Part shown: positions 31,283 through 41,766 of the stretch, in pieces | How positions within the stretch are numbered: the stretch's first letter is position 1 | Layout of the letters: each line of letters starts with the position of its first letter | Source of the DNA: an uncultured Elusimicrobia bacterium | GTDB lineage: Bacteria; Elusimicrobiota; Elusimicrobia; 2-01-FULL-59-12 | Direction of reading: 5' to 3' | Length of the DNA stretch: 64,000 nt | NCBI GenBank assembly: GCA_963702895.1 | Contig: OY969767.1 | Span: 1,344,001 to 1,408,000 of the forward strand | The notes under the pieces: model-generated | Databases searched by the model: none | Seen by the model: only the letters and a program-made list of their open reading frames with translations | What the model was told of the DNA's origin: nothing | Translations under genes and position numbers: made by a program

Positions 31283-31702
31283 TTATACTTCCTTGTCCAT
31301 GATGGATTGGAGCACTTTCTGTACAGTTTGTACCAAATTCTGAGCGTCAAAGGGCTTATTGATCCAATAAAGAACGGGATCTTCCCCATCGATGCCAACC
31401 GCGTCCGCTCTGGACATCACAGAAATGACCAGCACGGGAATAGAGGCCCACAACGGATTTTGCTTGAGCAAGCGGGCCAAATCAATCCCACTCATGCCCG
31501 GCAAGAGCATGTCCAAAAGGAGCAAGTCCGGCTTTTTGCCTTTGACCAGAGCTTCATAGGCTTTTTCAGCGCTCTCAAAAACCACGGATTCCATGGCGGC
31601 CTTCCTCAAGTGTAAAACCACCAGCCGCTGCGTGCTGGGGTCGTCCTCGACAATCCAGATGATGGGGAGCTTATCCAAGGGCGACCACGACCACAGACTC
31701 AT
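31283..31702 (-). CDS. Single-domain response regulator
   Basis: IVEDD, LDMLLPGMSG, VIS, NKPF. Confidence 0.88.
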   Translation of the reverse strand: MSLWSWSPLDKLPIIWIVEDDPSTQRLVVLHLRKAAMESVVFESAEKAYEALVKGKKPDLLLLDMLLPGMSGIDLARLLKQNPLWASIPVLVISVMSRADAVGIDGEDPVLYWINKPFDAQNLVQTVQKVLQSIMDKEV

Positions 31703-32864
31703 TATGAAAAACAGGTCCCGCTTTGGCCAAGCCGCCTTTGCCCATGGCCGAGGGCGCGACTTCGCCGTAGGAGTAGAACCCTCCTAAACGGACACCCGAA
31801 CCACCCAAGGCGTCGCGAATGACGTCGATTTCCCCCTGGAACTCGCTGCCTAACATTTTTTGGCGCGCGCCACTCGAAAACACAAGACCCCCGCAGAGTT
31901 TGACCCGGCCGAGTCGGTCCTTGGCGTCACAAGCGGCCTGCTGCGCGGCCTCAAGGGCCGATTCGTAGCCGCCGATCATGAGACGCACGTCACTGCCCTG
32001 AGGGACATCCCCCGTGCACAAAAGGGAACCGGCGCGCCCCACACGAATGGCATCACGAAGAAGATATTCCGCATTTCCCTCAGGCTCCAGACCCAGGGGA
32101 TAAGGAAGCGTGATACTGGCCAGGGGATCGCCGAGGAGTTCCTGGCGCTTCAGGCCAAGGAAGTCTTCGTAGATCGAAACGGCAGGGCGATGGTCCAGCT
32201 GATAGACCACGCGCCCCAAAGACCGCGTGACTTTTCGCGGGCGCCCCACGGGCAGCCACCCGTGGCGCACGCCAACGCCCAGGCGGATCTCGCGTGAAAA
32301 TTGCACGCCCACAAGCCCATCGGTGAGCACTTCGTCGTTGTAGTACTGAAATGTTTTTTGAAAGTAAAAATCATCGCCCGCGCTTGCGCCAGCGACAGAC
32401 ACGCGCCGGTCGAGCCTGTTCTTGAGGCCCGCAAGGACTTCCGAGCCGCTCGCCGTGAGCCCGTCAAAGAAGACGAGCATCGATCCCGCAGGGCGGTGGA
32501 GCTGTTGTTGGAGAGCGGTGGCCAGGCGTTCCCCCGCGGCAAAAGGCTCGACGGAGAGTTGCCTCTCGACACTCGTGACGCAGCGCCCTTCGCCGAGCAT
32601 GAGGCCGATGACGGTCACGGACCTCCTTTTAGGCCCGGCGGTCATGATCCCACCGGCATCGGTACAACCGATGAGCGGCGCCGGACCCGCGACCGAGCGC
32701 ACGGCCTTGAGCATTCGGGGATCGGCGAACCGAATCGATGAGAAAACGATCGTGAGGTCGGGCGCGCGCCCTCCCAGGTGCGCCACCACCTCGCGCGCGG
32801 CCTCCTGTCCCGCCGCAAAGATATCCGCTTCCGAGCTGGCCCCGACGCCCATCACCACGCTCAT
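31671..32864 (-). CDS. FIST N/C domain protein
   Basis: PLIGCT..G, GASAGD, HGW.PVG, LDHRPA, GFYSYGEV. Confidence 0.9.
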   Translation of the reverse strand: MSVVMGVGASSEADIFAAGQEAAREVVAHLGGRAPDLTIVFSSIRFADPRMLKAVRSVAGPAPLIGCTDAGGIMTAGPKRRSVTVIGLMLGEGRCVTSVERQLSVEPFAAGERLATALQQQLHRPAGSMLVFFDGLTASGSEVLAGLKNRLDRRVSVAGASAGDDFYFQKTFQYYNDEVLTDGLVGVQFSREIRLGVGVRHGWLPVGRPRKVTRSLGRVVYQLDHRPAVSIYEDFLGLKRQELLGDPLASITLPYPLGLEPEGNAEYLLRDAIRVGRAGSLLCTGDVPQGSDVRLMIGGYESALEAAQQAACDAKDRLGRVKLCGGLVFSSGARQKMLGSEFQGEIDVIRDALGGSGVRLGGFYSYGEVAPSAMGKGGLAKAGPVFHNESVVVVALG

Positions 32865-34321
32865 GGAAGAGCCTCCTGGGGACGTTCATCAGGAGGGCGG
32901 ATCTCTTTGTCATCGTTGAGAGGAAGCGTAAAGAGAAACCGGCAGCCTTCATGGGCTTCGCTCTCGACCCAGATTTTTCCTCCATGGAGATTGATCAAGG
33001 CGCGGCAAATAGACAAGCCGAGGCCTGTGCCAGGGTTTTTACGGTTGGTTTCATTATCCAGACGATAAAACTTTTCAAAGATCTTCTCCTGCTCGGCAAA
33101 GGCAATCCCTTGGCCTTCATCCTTCACTTCGATGACCACCCCGCCCTTTTGCTGACGCCCGGCGACCCTCACGCAGCTCTGTTCAGGGGCGTATCGCAAG
33201 GCGTTGCCCACCAGGTTGATCAGGACTTGCTCCAGTTTGTCGGGGTCTGCGACCAGACGCGGAAAGTCCGCCGGGAAATCCAGCACGAGACGGACATGCG
33301 AGGCTTTCACGGAAAGCGTCTCGAAGACACGCCCGACGATCTCCGGCACCGAGAGGCGACACCACTGGAATTCCATTCGGCCAGACTCGATGCGCGAGAT
33401 GTCCAAAAGCTCATTGATTAAGCGCGTCAAGCGGTCGGTCTCTTCATTCAACACGCTCAAGTAAACGCGCCGCTTTTCATCCGGGATTTCCTTGTCGTAA
33501 TGATAGAGCGTCACGATGAATCCTTTGATGGCCGTCAAGGGTGTTCGCAGCTCATGCGAGACCAGTGAAATAAAGTTCGACTTGACTTGATCGAGTTCGC
33601 GCAGGCGTTCATTGGCCTCCATCAGGTTGCGCGTCCTTTCTTGGACATTTTCTTCCAAGGTGAGGTTCGCCTGCCCCAGCGCCTCATAGAGACGTGAATT
33701 CTCAACGGCCGTCGAAGCCTGCGTGGCATACATCGCGTAGAAATGACGTTCCGATTCGCTCAGCCGCAGGGTCACATGGGTGCGAGCGCCGATGATGAAC
33801 CCGATGAGACGCGACTTAATTCGCATCGGCAAGAGCAGAAGACTCGACACCTCCAGTGACTTGAGGAGTTTTCCCCAGACCGAGGGAGCGAACAGAGACG
33901 TCTGCAAGTAAACGTCCTCCTGTAAAAGTGCCGGCATCAGCAACTCCTCAAAGTTTTCCAAGAGAAGTGTATATTCATGGCTTGAGAAACCCGTATAGGC
34001 GCTTTGCATCGGACGACGCGAGTGTTGGTCCAAAAAGACAATGCCGCTCTTTTCAAAGTCGAGATCACGCGCCATCGATTCTGAAATCGCGCTCAGAATC
34101 AGCTCGAGATCAAACGTGGAATTGATGCTGGAACCAATGCGGTGCAGGGCATGCAATTGCGAGATTTGCTCATCAAAGCGTTCGTTGGCTTTGTGAAGCA
34201 GATAGTCCGTCCGAATCAAGGTTTTGGCCGTGCGGTCGAGCTCCTCGTAAGCTTTCTTGAGATCGCTTAGTTTGGACTTGTTAGAACGCAGAGTTCTTTT
34301 TGACTTGATATTTCGACTCAT
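32861..34321 (-). CDS. Cytoplasmic GAF-HisKA-HATPase sensor kinase
   Basis: SHELRTPL, NLVGNA, DEGQGI, FEKFYR, GTGLGL; no TM segment. Confidence 0.95.
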   Translation of the reverse strand: MSRNIKSKRTLRSNKSKLSDLKKAYEELDRTAKTLIRTDYLLHKANERFDEQISQLHALHRIGSSINSTFDLELILSAISESMARDLDFEKSGIVFLDQHSRRPMQSAYTGFSSHEYTLLLENFEELLMPALLQEDVYLQTSLFAPSVWGKLLKSLEVSSLLLLPMRIKSRLIGFIIGARTHVTLRLSESERHFYAMYATQASTAVENSRLYEALGQANLTLEENVQERTRNLMEANERLRELDQVKSNFISLVSHELRTPLTAIKGFIVTLYHYDKEIPDEKRRVYLSVLNEETDRLTRLINELLDISRIESGRMEFQWCRLSVPEIVGRVFETLSVKASHVRLVLDFPADFPRLVADPDKLEQVLINLVGNALRYAPEQSCVRVAGRQQKGGVVIEVKDEGQGIAFAEQEKIFEKFYRLDNETNRKNPGTGLGLSICRALINLHGGKIWVESEAHEGCRFLFTLPLNDDKEIRPPDERPQEALP

Positions 34322-34354
34322 TATTTAAAAGTCTAGCCTCTGTCCGAAGGCATT

Positions 34355-36352
34355 TCAACGCTTTTTTCGAACGGACATTTGTTGAATCTCCTTGATTTTA
34401 TCGCGAAAAACAGCAGCCAACTCAAACTGGAGGCTCTCGGCGGCTTCCAACATCTGTTTCTCCAGGTACGCCAGGAGCAAGGGGACTTGATCAGGATGCA
34501 GATGTGGATCAACAGGGAAGGCGAAGAGATGCTTCATATGGGCCCCATAGGCTTGAATCTGAAACTCCTCGAGCTCCTGGATCGATTTTTGAACGGTCTG
34601 CGGGGTGATGTGGTGCTCCTTGTTATAGGCGAGCTGCTTTTGGCGCCTTCGATCCATTTCCTTAAGCGCCCGTGTCATGGACCCCGTCCTTTTGTCCGCA
34701 TAAAGGATGACCCGGCCCTTCACGTTTCTGGCAGCACGACCGCAGATCTGGATCAGGGTCGTTTCGCTGCGGAGGAAACCTTCTTTATCCGCGTCCATGA
34801 CGGCCACGAGGGACACCTCCGGCAGGTCCAAACCCTCCCGCAAGAGGTTGATCCCCACGAGCGCGTCGAAATTGCCCTTGCGGAGGTCTTTTAGGATTTC
34901 GATGCGCTTGAGCACCTCAATATCGGAATGAAGATAGCGAACGCGCAATTTTTTTCCTTTGAAGAAATCCGCGAGGTCTTCCGCCATACGTTTCGTGAGC
35001 GTGGTGACCAGGACCCGTTCATGGCTGGCAGCGGTCTCTTGGATCTCGCGCCAAAGATCATCCACTTGGCCCTCAATCGGGCGGATCTCCACGGCGGGAT
35101 CGACGAGACCGGTGGGACGAATGACCTGCTCGACAATAGCGCCCCCGGTCTTGTGGAGCTCATAAGGGCCGGGCGTGGCGGACACATAAAGGGTCTGAGG
35201 CACGAGCCTCTCAAACTCGCTGAATTTCAAAGGCCTGTTATCGAGCGCCGAAGGCAACCGAAAACCGTAATCCACCAGGGTCTGCTTGCGTGAGCGGTCC
35301 CCCTCATACATCCCGTTGATTTGAGGGACCGAGACATGGGACTCGTCAATCACGAGGAGGAAATCGCGAGGGAAGTAATCCAGAAGGCAGGCCGGCCGCT
35401 CACCCGGCGCGCGGCCAGAAAGATGGCGCGAATAATTTTCAATCCCGCTGCAGAAACCCATTTCGAGCATCATCTCCAGATCAAACCGTGTCCTCTGCTC
35501 AAGACGTTGGGCTTCGAGGAGTTTCCCCTGGCTCTTCAAGAACGTGATTTGCTCTTCCAGCTCCTTGCGGATTGACGCCGCAGCGGCTTCCAATTCCGGT
35601 CTTGTGCTGACGAAATGCCGGGCAGGGTAGATATAGACGCGCTCCTTCTCGGCCAACACGTCTCCCGTGACGGGATGGATTTCTTTGATGCGCTCAACCT
35701 CATTGCCCCAGAGTTCAACGCGCAATCCGGTTTCAAGGTAAGCGGGAAAGATCTCGAGGGTATCGCCCTTGACACGGAATTTTCCGCGGGAGAACTCCAC
35801 CTCGTTGCGCTCATAATGGATGGCGATCAGGCCCTGCAGGAGCTCTTCACGGGCCATGGACTTGCCCTTCTCAACGCTCACGCACATCGCTTTATAGTTT
35901 TCCGGAGAACCTAAACCATAAATACAAGAGACGGAAGCGACAACAATGACGTCCCGGCGCTCCAGGAGCGAGCTTGTCGCCTTCAGACGCAGACGATCGA
36001 TGTGGTCATTGACCGAAGAGTCTTTTTCGATGTAGGTGTCCGAGGCAGGCACATACGCCTCCGGCTGGTAATAGTCATAGTAGGAGATGAAATACTCGAC
36101 GGCGTTTTGCGGAAAGAATTGTTTGAACTCGGCGTAGAGTTGAGCCGCCAGGATCTTGTTGGGAGACAAGACGAGCGTCGGACGATTGACCCGGGCGATG
36201 ACATTGGCCGCGGTAAAGGTCTTCCCGCTGCCCGTGACCCCCAGGAGCACTTGGTGTTTCGCGCCTTCGTTTAATCCCTTGACCAATTCTTCGATGGCGA
36301 AGGGTTGGTCGCCCGAAGGCCGGAACGGTGAAACGAGCTCAAAATCAGCCAT
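34355..36352 (-). CDS. uvrB: Excinuclease ABC subunit B
   Basis: [34 protein letters not shown]. Confidence 0.99.
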   Translation of the reverse strand: MADFELVSPFRPSGDQPFAIEELVKGLNEGAKHQVLLGVTGSGKTFTAANVIARVNRPTLVLSPNKILAAQLYAEFKQFFPQNAVEYFISYYDYYQPEAYVPASDTYIEKDSSVNDHIDRLRLKATSSLLERRDVIVVASVSCIYGLGSPENYKAMCVSVEKGKSMAREELLQGLIAIHYERNEVEFSRGKFRVKGDTLEIFPAYLETGLRVELWGNEVERIKEIHPVTGDVLAEKERVYIYPARHFVSTRPELEAAAASIRKELEEQITFLKSQGKLLEAQRLEQRTRFDLEMMLEMGFCSGIENYSRHLSGRAPGERPACLLDYFPRDFLLVIDESHVSVPQINGMYEGDRSRKQTLVDYGFRLPSALDNRPLKFSEFERLVPQTLYVSATPGPYELHKTGGAIVEQVIRPTGLVDPAVEIRPIEGQVDDLWREIQETAASHERVLVTTLTKRMAEDLADFFKGKKLRVRYLHSDIEVLKRIEILKDLRKGNFDALVGINLLREGLDLPEVSLVAVMDADKEGFLRSETTLIQICGRAARNVKGRVILYADKRTGSMTRALKEMDRRRQKQLAYNKEHHITPQTVQKSIQELEEFQIQAYGAHMKHLFAFPVDPHLHPDQVPLLLAYLEKQMLEAAESLQFELAAVFRDKIKEIQQMSVRKKR

Positions 36353-36368
36353 GCCCTATTATAGAAGG

Positions 36369-36683
36369 CTAGCCGGGAATCTGCAGTTGTCGTCATCCCG
36401 GTGAAAACCGGGATCCAGTCCATCGTCGTTGAACTGGTCCCCGGCTTTCGCCGGGGTGACGGCACTAAAAAGGCTAGCCGGGAATCTGCAGTTGTCGTCA
36501 TCCCGGTGAAAACCGGGATCCAGTCCATCGTCGTTGAACTGGTCCCCGGCTTTCGCCGGGGTGACGGCACTAAAAAGACTAGCCGGGAATCTGCAGTTGT
36601 CGTCATCCCGGTGAAAACCGGGATCCAGTCCATCGTCGATGTACTGGATACCGGCTTCCGCCGGTATGACGGCACTAAAAAGA
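36369..36683. repeat. 3 x 105-bp tandem repeat of a REP-like double palindrome
   Basis: CTAGCC at 36369, 36474, 36579; each unit has GTCATCCCGGTGAAAACCGGGATCCAG..CTGGTCCCCGGCTTTCGCCGGGGTGAC (third copy varies). Confidence 0.95.
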
Positions 36684-36769
36684 CCAGACGTGTCAGTTGA
36701 TTAACCACGGTCACCCGAACTTTTCGGGCTAAGCGTGCTTCTTCGGTGACAAGGGAGGAGTGTGGGGCT

Positions 36770-37150
36770 CTAAGCGTCGGGGTATTTTTCCAGGGTTTGG
36801 CGTATGAGCGACAAAAGCTCATCCAGGTCGACGGGTTTTTTGATATGCGTGACGCGGCCCATCGCTTCGACGGTCGGGAAGACCTTGGCGGAGACCTCAC
36901 CGGTGAGCAGGATGATGGGGATGCCTTGGGAGTCCTGCTGAGCGCGGATCATCTCAGCGGCTCGGATGCCGTTGGTCATCGGCATGTTGACATCCAGAAG
37001 AATGAGGTTTGGCTTTTTCGTCCTGGCCAGATAAACCGCGGCCTGACCGTCATAGCCTTCGAGGGTCTTGAAACCCTCCTGCTGCAAGCCTTCCCTCAGA
37101 AGATTGACGAGGGAAGGGTCATCGTCGATGATCAGGATGGTGGCGGACAT
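36770..37150 (-). CDS. Single-domain response regulator
   Basis: ILIIDDD, LDVNMP, LLTG, KKP. Confidence 0.9.
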   Translation of the reverse strand: MSATILIIDDDPSLVNLLREGLQQEGFKTLEGYDGQAAVYLARTKKPNLILLDVNMPMTNGIRAAEMIRAQQDSQGIPIILLTGEVSAKVFPTVEAMGRVTHIKKPVDLDELLSLIRQTLEKYPDA

Positions 37151-37167
37151 AAGCAAGCAATGTTAGC

Positions 37168-38229
37168 TCAGTCTGAGCTCCTCGTCAAATGGCTGACGAG
37201 TCTTTCGGCCGCGCCGGTGCTCCACTCCTTGGGACCTGGGCCGGGTTTCGGCCCTGGCCGCTGGAGCAAGAATTCAACCAAGCGAGCGGGGGACAGATCA
37301 TGCTCAAGGACCATCGCCCCAAGCCCCGCGTCAACGAGGACTTTCGCGTTGCGGACCTGATGGTCGTCAGTGGCGAAGGGATAGGGAACAAGCAGAGCCG
37401 GGCGCTTGGCCACCAGAAGTTCGGCGATCGTCGACGCCCCGGCCCGACAGATCACAAGATCGCATGCCGCATAAGCACTGGCCATCTCATGACAGTAAGG
37501 AAGGATGTGGGCGACGCAAGGCAAATTCTGGTAAAGCTGCTCGACCCGTTTGTAATCGGTCCCTCCCGTGACATGGAGCACCTGGAACTTGACGCCTTTG
37601 CGAAGGAGATCATTCCACGCCTCGATCACGACAGTATTGAGTTTCTGCGCTCCGAGGCTCCCTCCGAAGACCAGATACGTGGTCGTCTCAAGTTCGAGGC
37701 CGAAGCATCGCCTGCCGGAGGTCCGGTCCACCTGGCCCATCTCGGAACGAATGGGAAGACCGGCGACCCAGGTCTTCGTTCGTGGAAAAGCCCCGAGGCT
37801 CTCTTCAAAGCTCACCGCCACAGACGAAGCGACGTGTCCAAGAAGCCTGTTCGCGAGTCCCGGCACGACATTTTGCTCATGAATTAAACTCTTCATCATC
37901 AGCAGGCGCGCCAGAAGGACCGCCGGCACGGAAAGATATCCCCCCATGCCAACGACCCCGTCGGGTCTGTGGCGCAGGAAAAAGAGGAGAGCCTGAAGTG
38001 TTCCCAGAATAAACCGGAAGGGAAAGCTCAGGAGCGTCACGCCCAAGGAGCGAGGGAAGCCTTGGCCAGAGATCTCATGGACGGGAAAACCTTCCTTCTC
38101 AAGAATAGCCTTGCCCAGATCGCCGCGTCGGACCATGAACACCACCTCGTGTCCCACGAGCGCCCTCGCCAGAGCGATCCCGGGATAGAGGTGCCCGCCC
38201 GTGCCGCCCGCTACGATGACAAACCTCAT
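37168..38229 (-). CDS. murG: MurG glycosyltransferase
   Basis: GGTGGHLYPG, HEQN, GGSLGA, RAGASTIAE. Confidence 0.97.
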   Translation of the reverse strand: MRFVIVAGGTGGHLYPGIALARALVGHEVVFMVRRGDLGKAILEKEGFPVHEISGQGFPRSLGVTLLSFPFRFILGTLQALLFFLRHRPDGVVGMGGYLSVPAVLLARLLMMKSLIHEQNVVPGLANRLLGHVASSVAVSFEESLGAFPRTKTWVAGLPIRSEMGQVDRTSGRRCFGLELETTTYLVFGGSLGAQKLNTVVIEAWNDLLRKGVKFQVLHVTGGTDYKRVEQLYQNLPCVAHILPYCHEMASAYAACDLVICRAGASTIAELLVAKRPALLVPYPFATDDHQVRNAKVLVDAGLGAMVLEHDLSPARLVEFLLQRPGPKPGPGPKEWSTGAAERLVSHLTRSSD

Positions 38230-39365
38230 CTGCGCCTCCGTCGTCGGGAAGCGGTGGGCTGCGGGGGACGTTGGGCCACCGCCTGCGAAGAAATATTGAG
38301 GAGAATGCCGGCCGCGGCGAGCGTAATGATCAACGAGGACCCTCCAAACGAAACAAAGGGCAAAGGCAATCCTTTGGTGGGAAGGAGCCCGCAGGCGGCG
38401 CCCATATTGATGGCGGCCTGAAAGAGGACCCAACAGGTAATGCCGGCCGCCATCAGCTGTCCAAAAAGGTCAGGGGCTTTTCTGGCCACCTTCCATCCTC
38501 GCAGCCCCCAGGCGACAAAAAGCAAGACCACCCCCAGAGCGCCCACGAAGCCTAACTCTTCACCGATGACGGGAAAGATGAAGTCCGTATGAGGGTCCGG
38601 CAAATACAGCATCTTGAGTTGTGAGGCGCCCAACCCCTTTCCGAAGAGTCCCCCCGAACCAAAAGCCATGAGCGACTGTGTCAGCTGATAACCCGTACCG
38701 CTGGCGGTGGCCCAGGGGTTGAGAAAGGTTGTGAGCCGTTTCAAACGATAGCTCACGTGGAAAAGCTCGTAATAGAGAGGCACGGCCGCAAGTCCGGCGA
38801 GCGCAGCGAGATGCAAAACCCGCGCACCCGAGAGAAAGAGCAGGATGATGCCCGTCGCCACGAGGAGGATCGGCGTCCCCAGGTCTGGCTCTTTGAGGAT
38901 GAGAGCACTCACAAGGCCAAGCATGGCGATCGGCGGCAAAAAACCTTTCCGGAAGTCCGTGATTTGACTCCGGTGCCGGTCGAGGAAGTCGGAGAGCCAG
39001 ACCAGGGTGGCCAACTTCGCCAGCTCCGACGGCTGCACGTTCATAAACCCAAGCGGGATCCAGCGCCGGGCCCCCTTGACGACAGGCCCCACGACCAGGA
39101 CGACGACCAAGAGAACGACGGAGATGACGAGCAGGGGCATCGCGGCCTTCTGCCACCTGTGATAATCGATTCGCATGCAGACCAGAAGCGTCATCAGACC
39201 GAAGACGTCCCAGAGGAGCTGCTTGCGAAGGAAAAGGTACGCGGACCCAAAGCGCTCTTCGGACATCCCCGCGCTCGCCGAAAAGACCATGACGAGCCCC
39301 AGACCCAAGAGCAAGAAGGTGAGAAAGAAAAGCGGTCGGTCAATATGGAACAGCTGTTTTTTCAT
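38226..39365 (-). CDS. ftsW: Peptidoglycan polymerase FtsW
   Basis: GARRW, QPSELAK, EPDLG, LPDPHTDFIF, LPFVSFGGSS. Confidence 0.97.
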   Translation of the reverse strand: MKKQLFHIDRPLFFLTFLLLGLGLVMVFSASAGMSEERFGSAYLFLRKQLLWDVFGLMTLLVCMRIDYHRWQKAAMPLLVISVVLLVVVLVVGPVVKGARRWIPLGFMNVQPSELAKLATLVWLSDFLDRHRSQITDFRKGFLPPIAMLGLVSALILKEPDLGTPILLVATGIILLFLSGARVLHLAALAGLAAVPLYYELFHVSYRLKRLTTFLNPWATASGTGYQLTQSLMAFGSGGLFGKGLGASQLKMLYLPDPHTDFIFPVIGEELGFVGALGVVLLFVAWGLRGWKVARKAPDLFGQLMAAGITCWVLFQAAINMGAACGLLPTKGLPLPFVSFGGSSLIITLAAAGILLNISSQAVAQRPPQPTASRRRRRR

Positions 39366-40678
39366 CGAAGCTGAAGGACCAGCGTCTTAAAATCCCGGCC
39401 CCGCTCTTCGTAATTCTGATACTGGTCAAAGCTGGCGCAGGCGGGGGACAGAAGCACGACATCACCCTCGCGCGCGAGCTGCCCGGCGCGTTGAACCGCC
39501 CTGGGCATGGTCCGCACATGCTCCACCGGCACCACACCACCGAGCTCCCTGGCAATGCGGCGGGCGTCTTCCCCAATGAGGAGCAAGTGCCGTACTTTTT
39601 TTTGGACGGGCCTCTTGAGCGGCGCATAAGGGGACCCTTTGCCTTGCCCCCCCATGATCAACACGAGCGGCTGTTCAAAGGAATCCAAGGCGACGCGCGT
39701 GGAATCCACATTGGTGGCTTTCGAATCGTTGACGTAGCGCACTCCGTTGAAGGTCCGCACCCATTCCAGGCGGTGCTCCACGCCCGGGAAAGACGTCAGG
39801 ACTTGACGAAGAATGTTCTGGGAGACGCCGCCTGCCGTCGCCATGGCGACGGAGGCCAGGATATTTTCGATGTTATGGGGGCCCGGCAAGAGCGTCTGGA
39901 GTCGCCACCGGGCACGTCTGCCCCCCCAACGGATGACCAGGTCGCGCTTCGACCAAAAGACGCCGGAGCGCAGCGTCTTGGTTCGGCTAAACCAAAAAAG
40001 GCGTGCCTGACAGGACCGGGCAAGACGCCGGCACCAGGGATCGTCGGCATTGAGCACACAGACCTCACGGGCGCTTTGATTTTCAAAGATCTTGCCCTTG
40101 GCTCTGGCATAAGCGCGCATCGTCCCATGATGCTCAAGATGATCCGGCGTAATGTTTAAAATCGCGGAGATCTGCGGCCGGAACGCGTGGATGTTTTCGA
40201 GCTGATAGCTGGACACCTCCGCCACGACTGTGTCACGGGGCTTGCTCTTTTGAACAAGATCGGAAAGAGGCGTTCCAATATTGCCTCCCACCCAGGTGCG
40301 TTGTCCTGCGGCTTTAAAAAACTCCCCGACCAAAGTGGTCGTGGTCGTTTTACCATTGGTGCCGGTGATCGCCAGAAGCTGACGGCAGGCCAGATGCCGA
40401 TAAGCCAACTCCAGCTCACTCCAAAGGGGCACCCGGCTTTGCGCCGCCCGCTGAAGGATCGGGAGATGCGACGGGACGCCCGGGCTGCGTACGATCAGGT
40501 GGCTTTGGAGCAGACGCGTGGAATGTTTGCCGGATTCAAAGGCGACCTGCGGCGGAAGTTTCCCTTGGATCTTGCCGCGTTCACTGAGGAAGACTTGAGC
40601 ACCAAGCCGTCGCAAGAGCCGGACGGCCGCCAGCCCCGATCGCCCAGCACCGATGACCCCGACCTTGAGCCCTTTCAT
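39362..40678 (-). CDS. murD: MurD ligase
   Basis: TGTNGKTTT, EVSSYQL, NDSKATN, LSPACASFD. Confidence 0.97.
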   Translation of the reverse strand: MKGLKVGVIGAGRSGLAAVRLLRRLGAQVFLSERGKIQGKLPPQVAFESGKHSTRLLQSHLIVRSPGVPSHLPILQRAAQSRVPLWSELELAYRHLACRQLLAITGTNGKTTTTTLVGEFFKAAGQRTWVGGNIGTPLSDLVQKSKPRDTVVAEVSSYQLENIHAFRPQISAILNITPDHLEHHGTMRAYARAKGKIFENQSAREVCVLNADDPWCRRLARSCQARLFWFSRTKTLRSGVFWSKRDLVIRWGGRRARWRLQTLLPGPHNIENILASVAMATAGGVSQNILRQVLTSFPGVEHRLEWVRTFNGVRYVNDSKATNVDSTRVALDSFEQPLVLIMGGQGKGSPYAPLKRPVQKKVRHLLLIGEDARRIARELGGVVPVEHVRTMPRAVQRAGQLAREGDVVLLSPACASFDQYQNYEERGRDFKTLVLQLR

Positions 40679-40687
40679 GCTGGATGA

Positions 40688-41766
40688 TTATCGCAGTTTG
40701 AGTGAGGCGAGCGCGATCAACGCGAGAACAATCGCGATAATCCAGAACCGGATCGTGACTTTGGATTCCGGCCACCCGAGAAGCTCAAAATGATGGTGGA
40801 GGGGCGCCATTTTGAACACACGACGCTTATGGACACGGAAGACGTAGACTTGCAGGAGGACGGAGAGCGCCTCCGCAACAAAGACACCGCCGACGATAAC
40901 GAGCAAGAGTTCTTGTTTAACCATGAGTGCCACCACGCCAATGGCCCCGCCGAGAAATAAGGAGCCTGTGTCACCCATAAAGACTTCCGCCGGGTGCGCG
41001 TTATACCAGAGAAACCCGAGACAGGCCCCAATGAGCGCCGCAAGGAATACGCTGAGCTCTCCCGCCCCGGGTACGGGGACGATGCGCAGGTATTCCGAGA
41101 ATTTCGCGTGACCGGCGAGATAGGCGAAGATGCTGTAGGTGAGCGCCGTGATCACAAGCGTGCCGCAGGCCAGGCCATCCAGACCATCGGCGAGATTCAC
41201 CGCATTCGAGGACCCAATTAAGACAGCGATGCTGAATGGAATGTAGAGCGAACCCAGATAAACGAACCAGGCCTTGGAGTAGGGAATGCCCACGGAGGTG
41301 GCGTAGGCGGCATTCGGAGGGTCGAGGTAGAGATAGGCAGCCACAGCCAGCCCCAAGAGGAGCTGCACGCCCATTTTAATCGAAGGTGTAAGGCCGTCCT
41401 TTCGGCTCTCCCTGGCTTTGAGAAGATCATCCACATACCCCAGCAGACACAAGACCGTGCAGGTCACCAGGCACACCAGAACAAACCGGTCGGACAGGCG
41501 CGCCCACAACAAGCAGGAGCTCGCCATCGCCAAATAGATGATGAGACCGCCCATTCCAGGCGTGCCCGCTTTTTTTGATGCTGGGCCGGCGTATCGGCCC
41601 GCACCTTGTAGGAGCGTTGGCCCTTCAGCCAGCGGATGACGGGCGGTGCGACGAGCATCGAGACGATCAAGGAGGTGAGGAAAGCACCCGCCGACCGAAA
41701 GGTGATGTACTGGAAGATATTGAGCGGCGAAAAGAAAGGCTTAAGAAGATAAAGATGATAAAGCAT
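40688..41766 (-). CDS. mraY: MraY, split by a 1-nt frameshift at an A7 run (41570-41576)
   Basis: N-terminal frame (YITFRS..HQKK) and C-terminal frame (GTPGMGG, NAVNLADGLDGL, FMGDTGS, MAPLHHHFE) join if one A is added. Confidence 0.9.

Noticed and set aside
36369..36683. CRISPR array, or the 209-aa ORF 36271-36900
   Set aside because: Whole units are near-identical with no unique spacers and no cas genes; the ORF is just a read-through of 105-bp repeats
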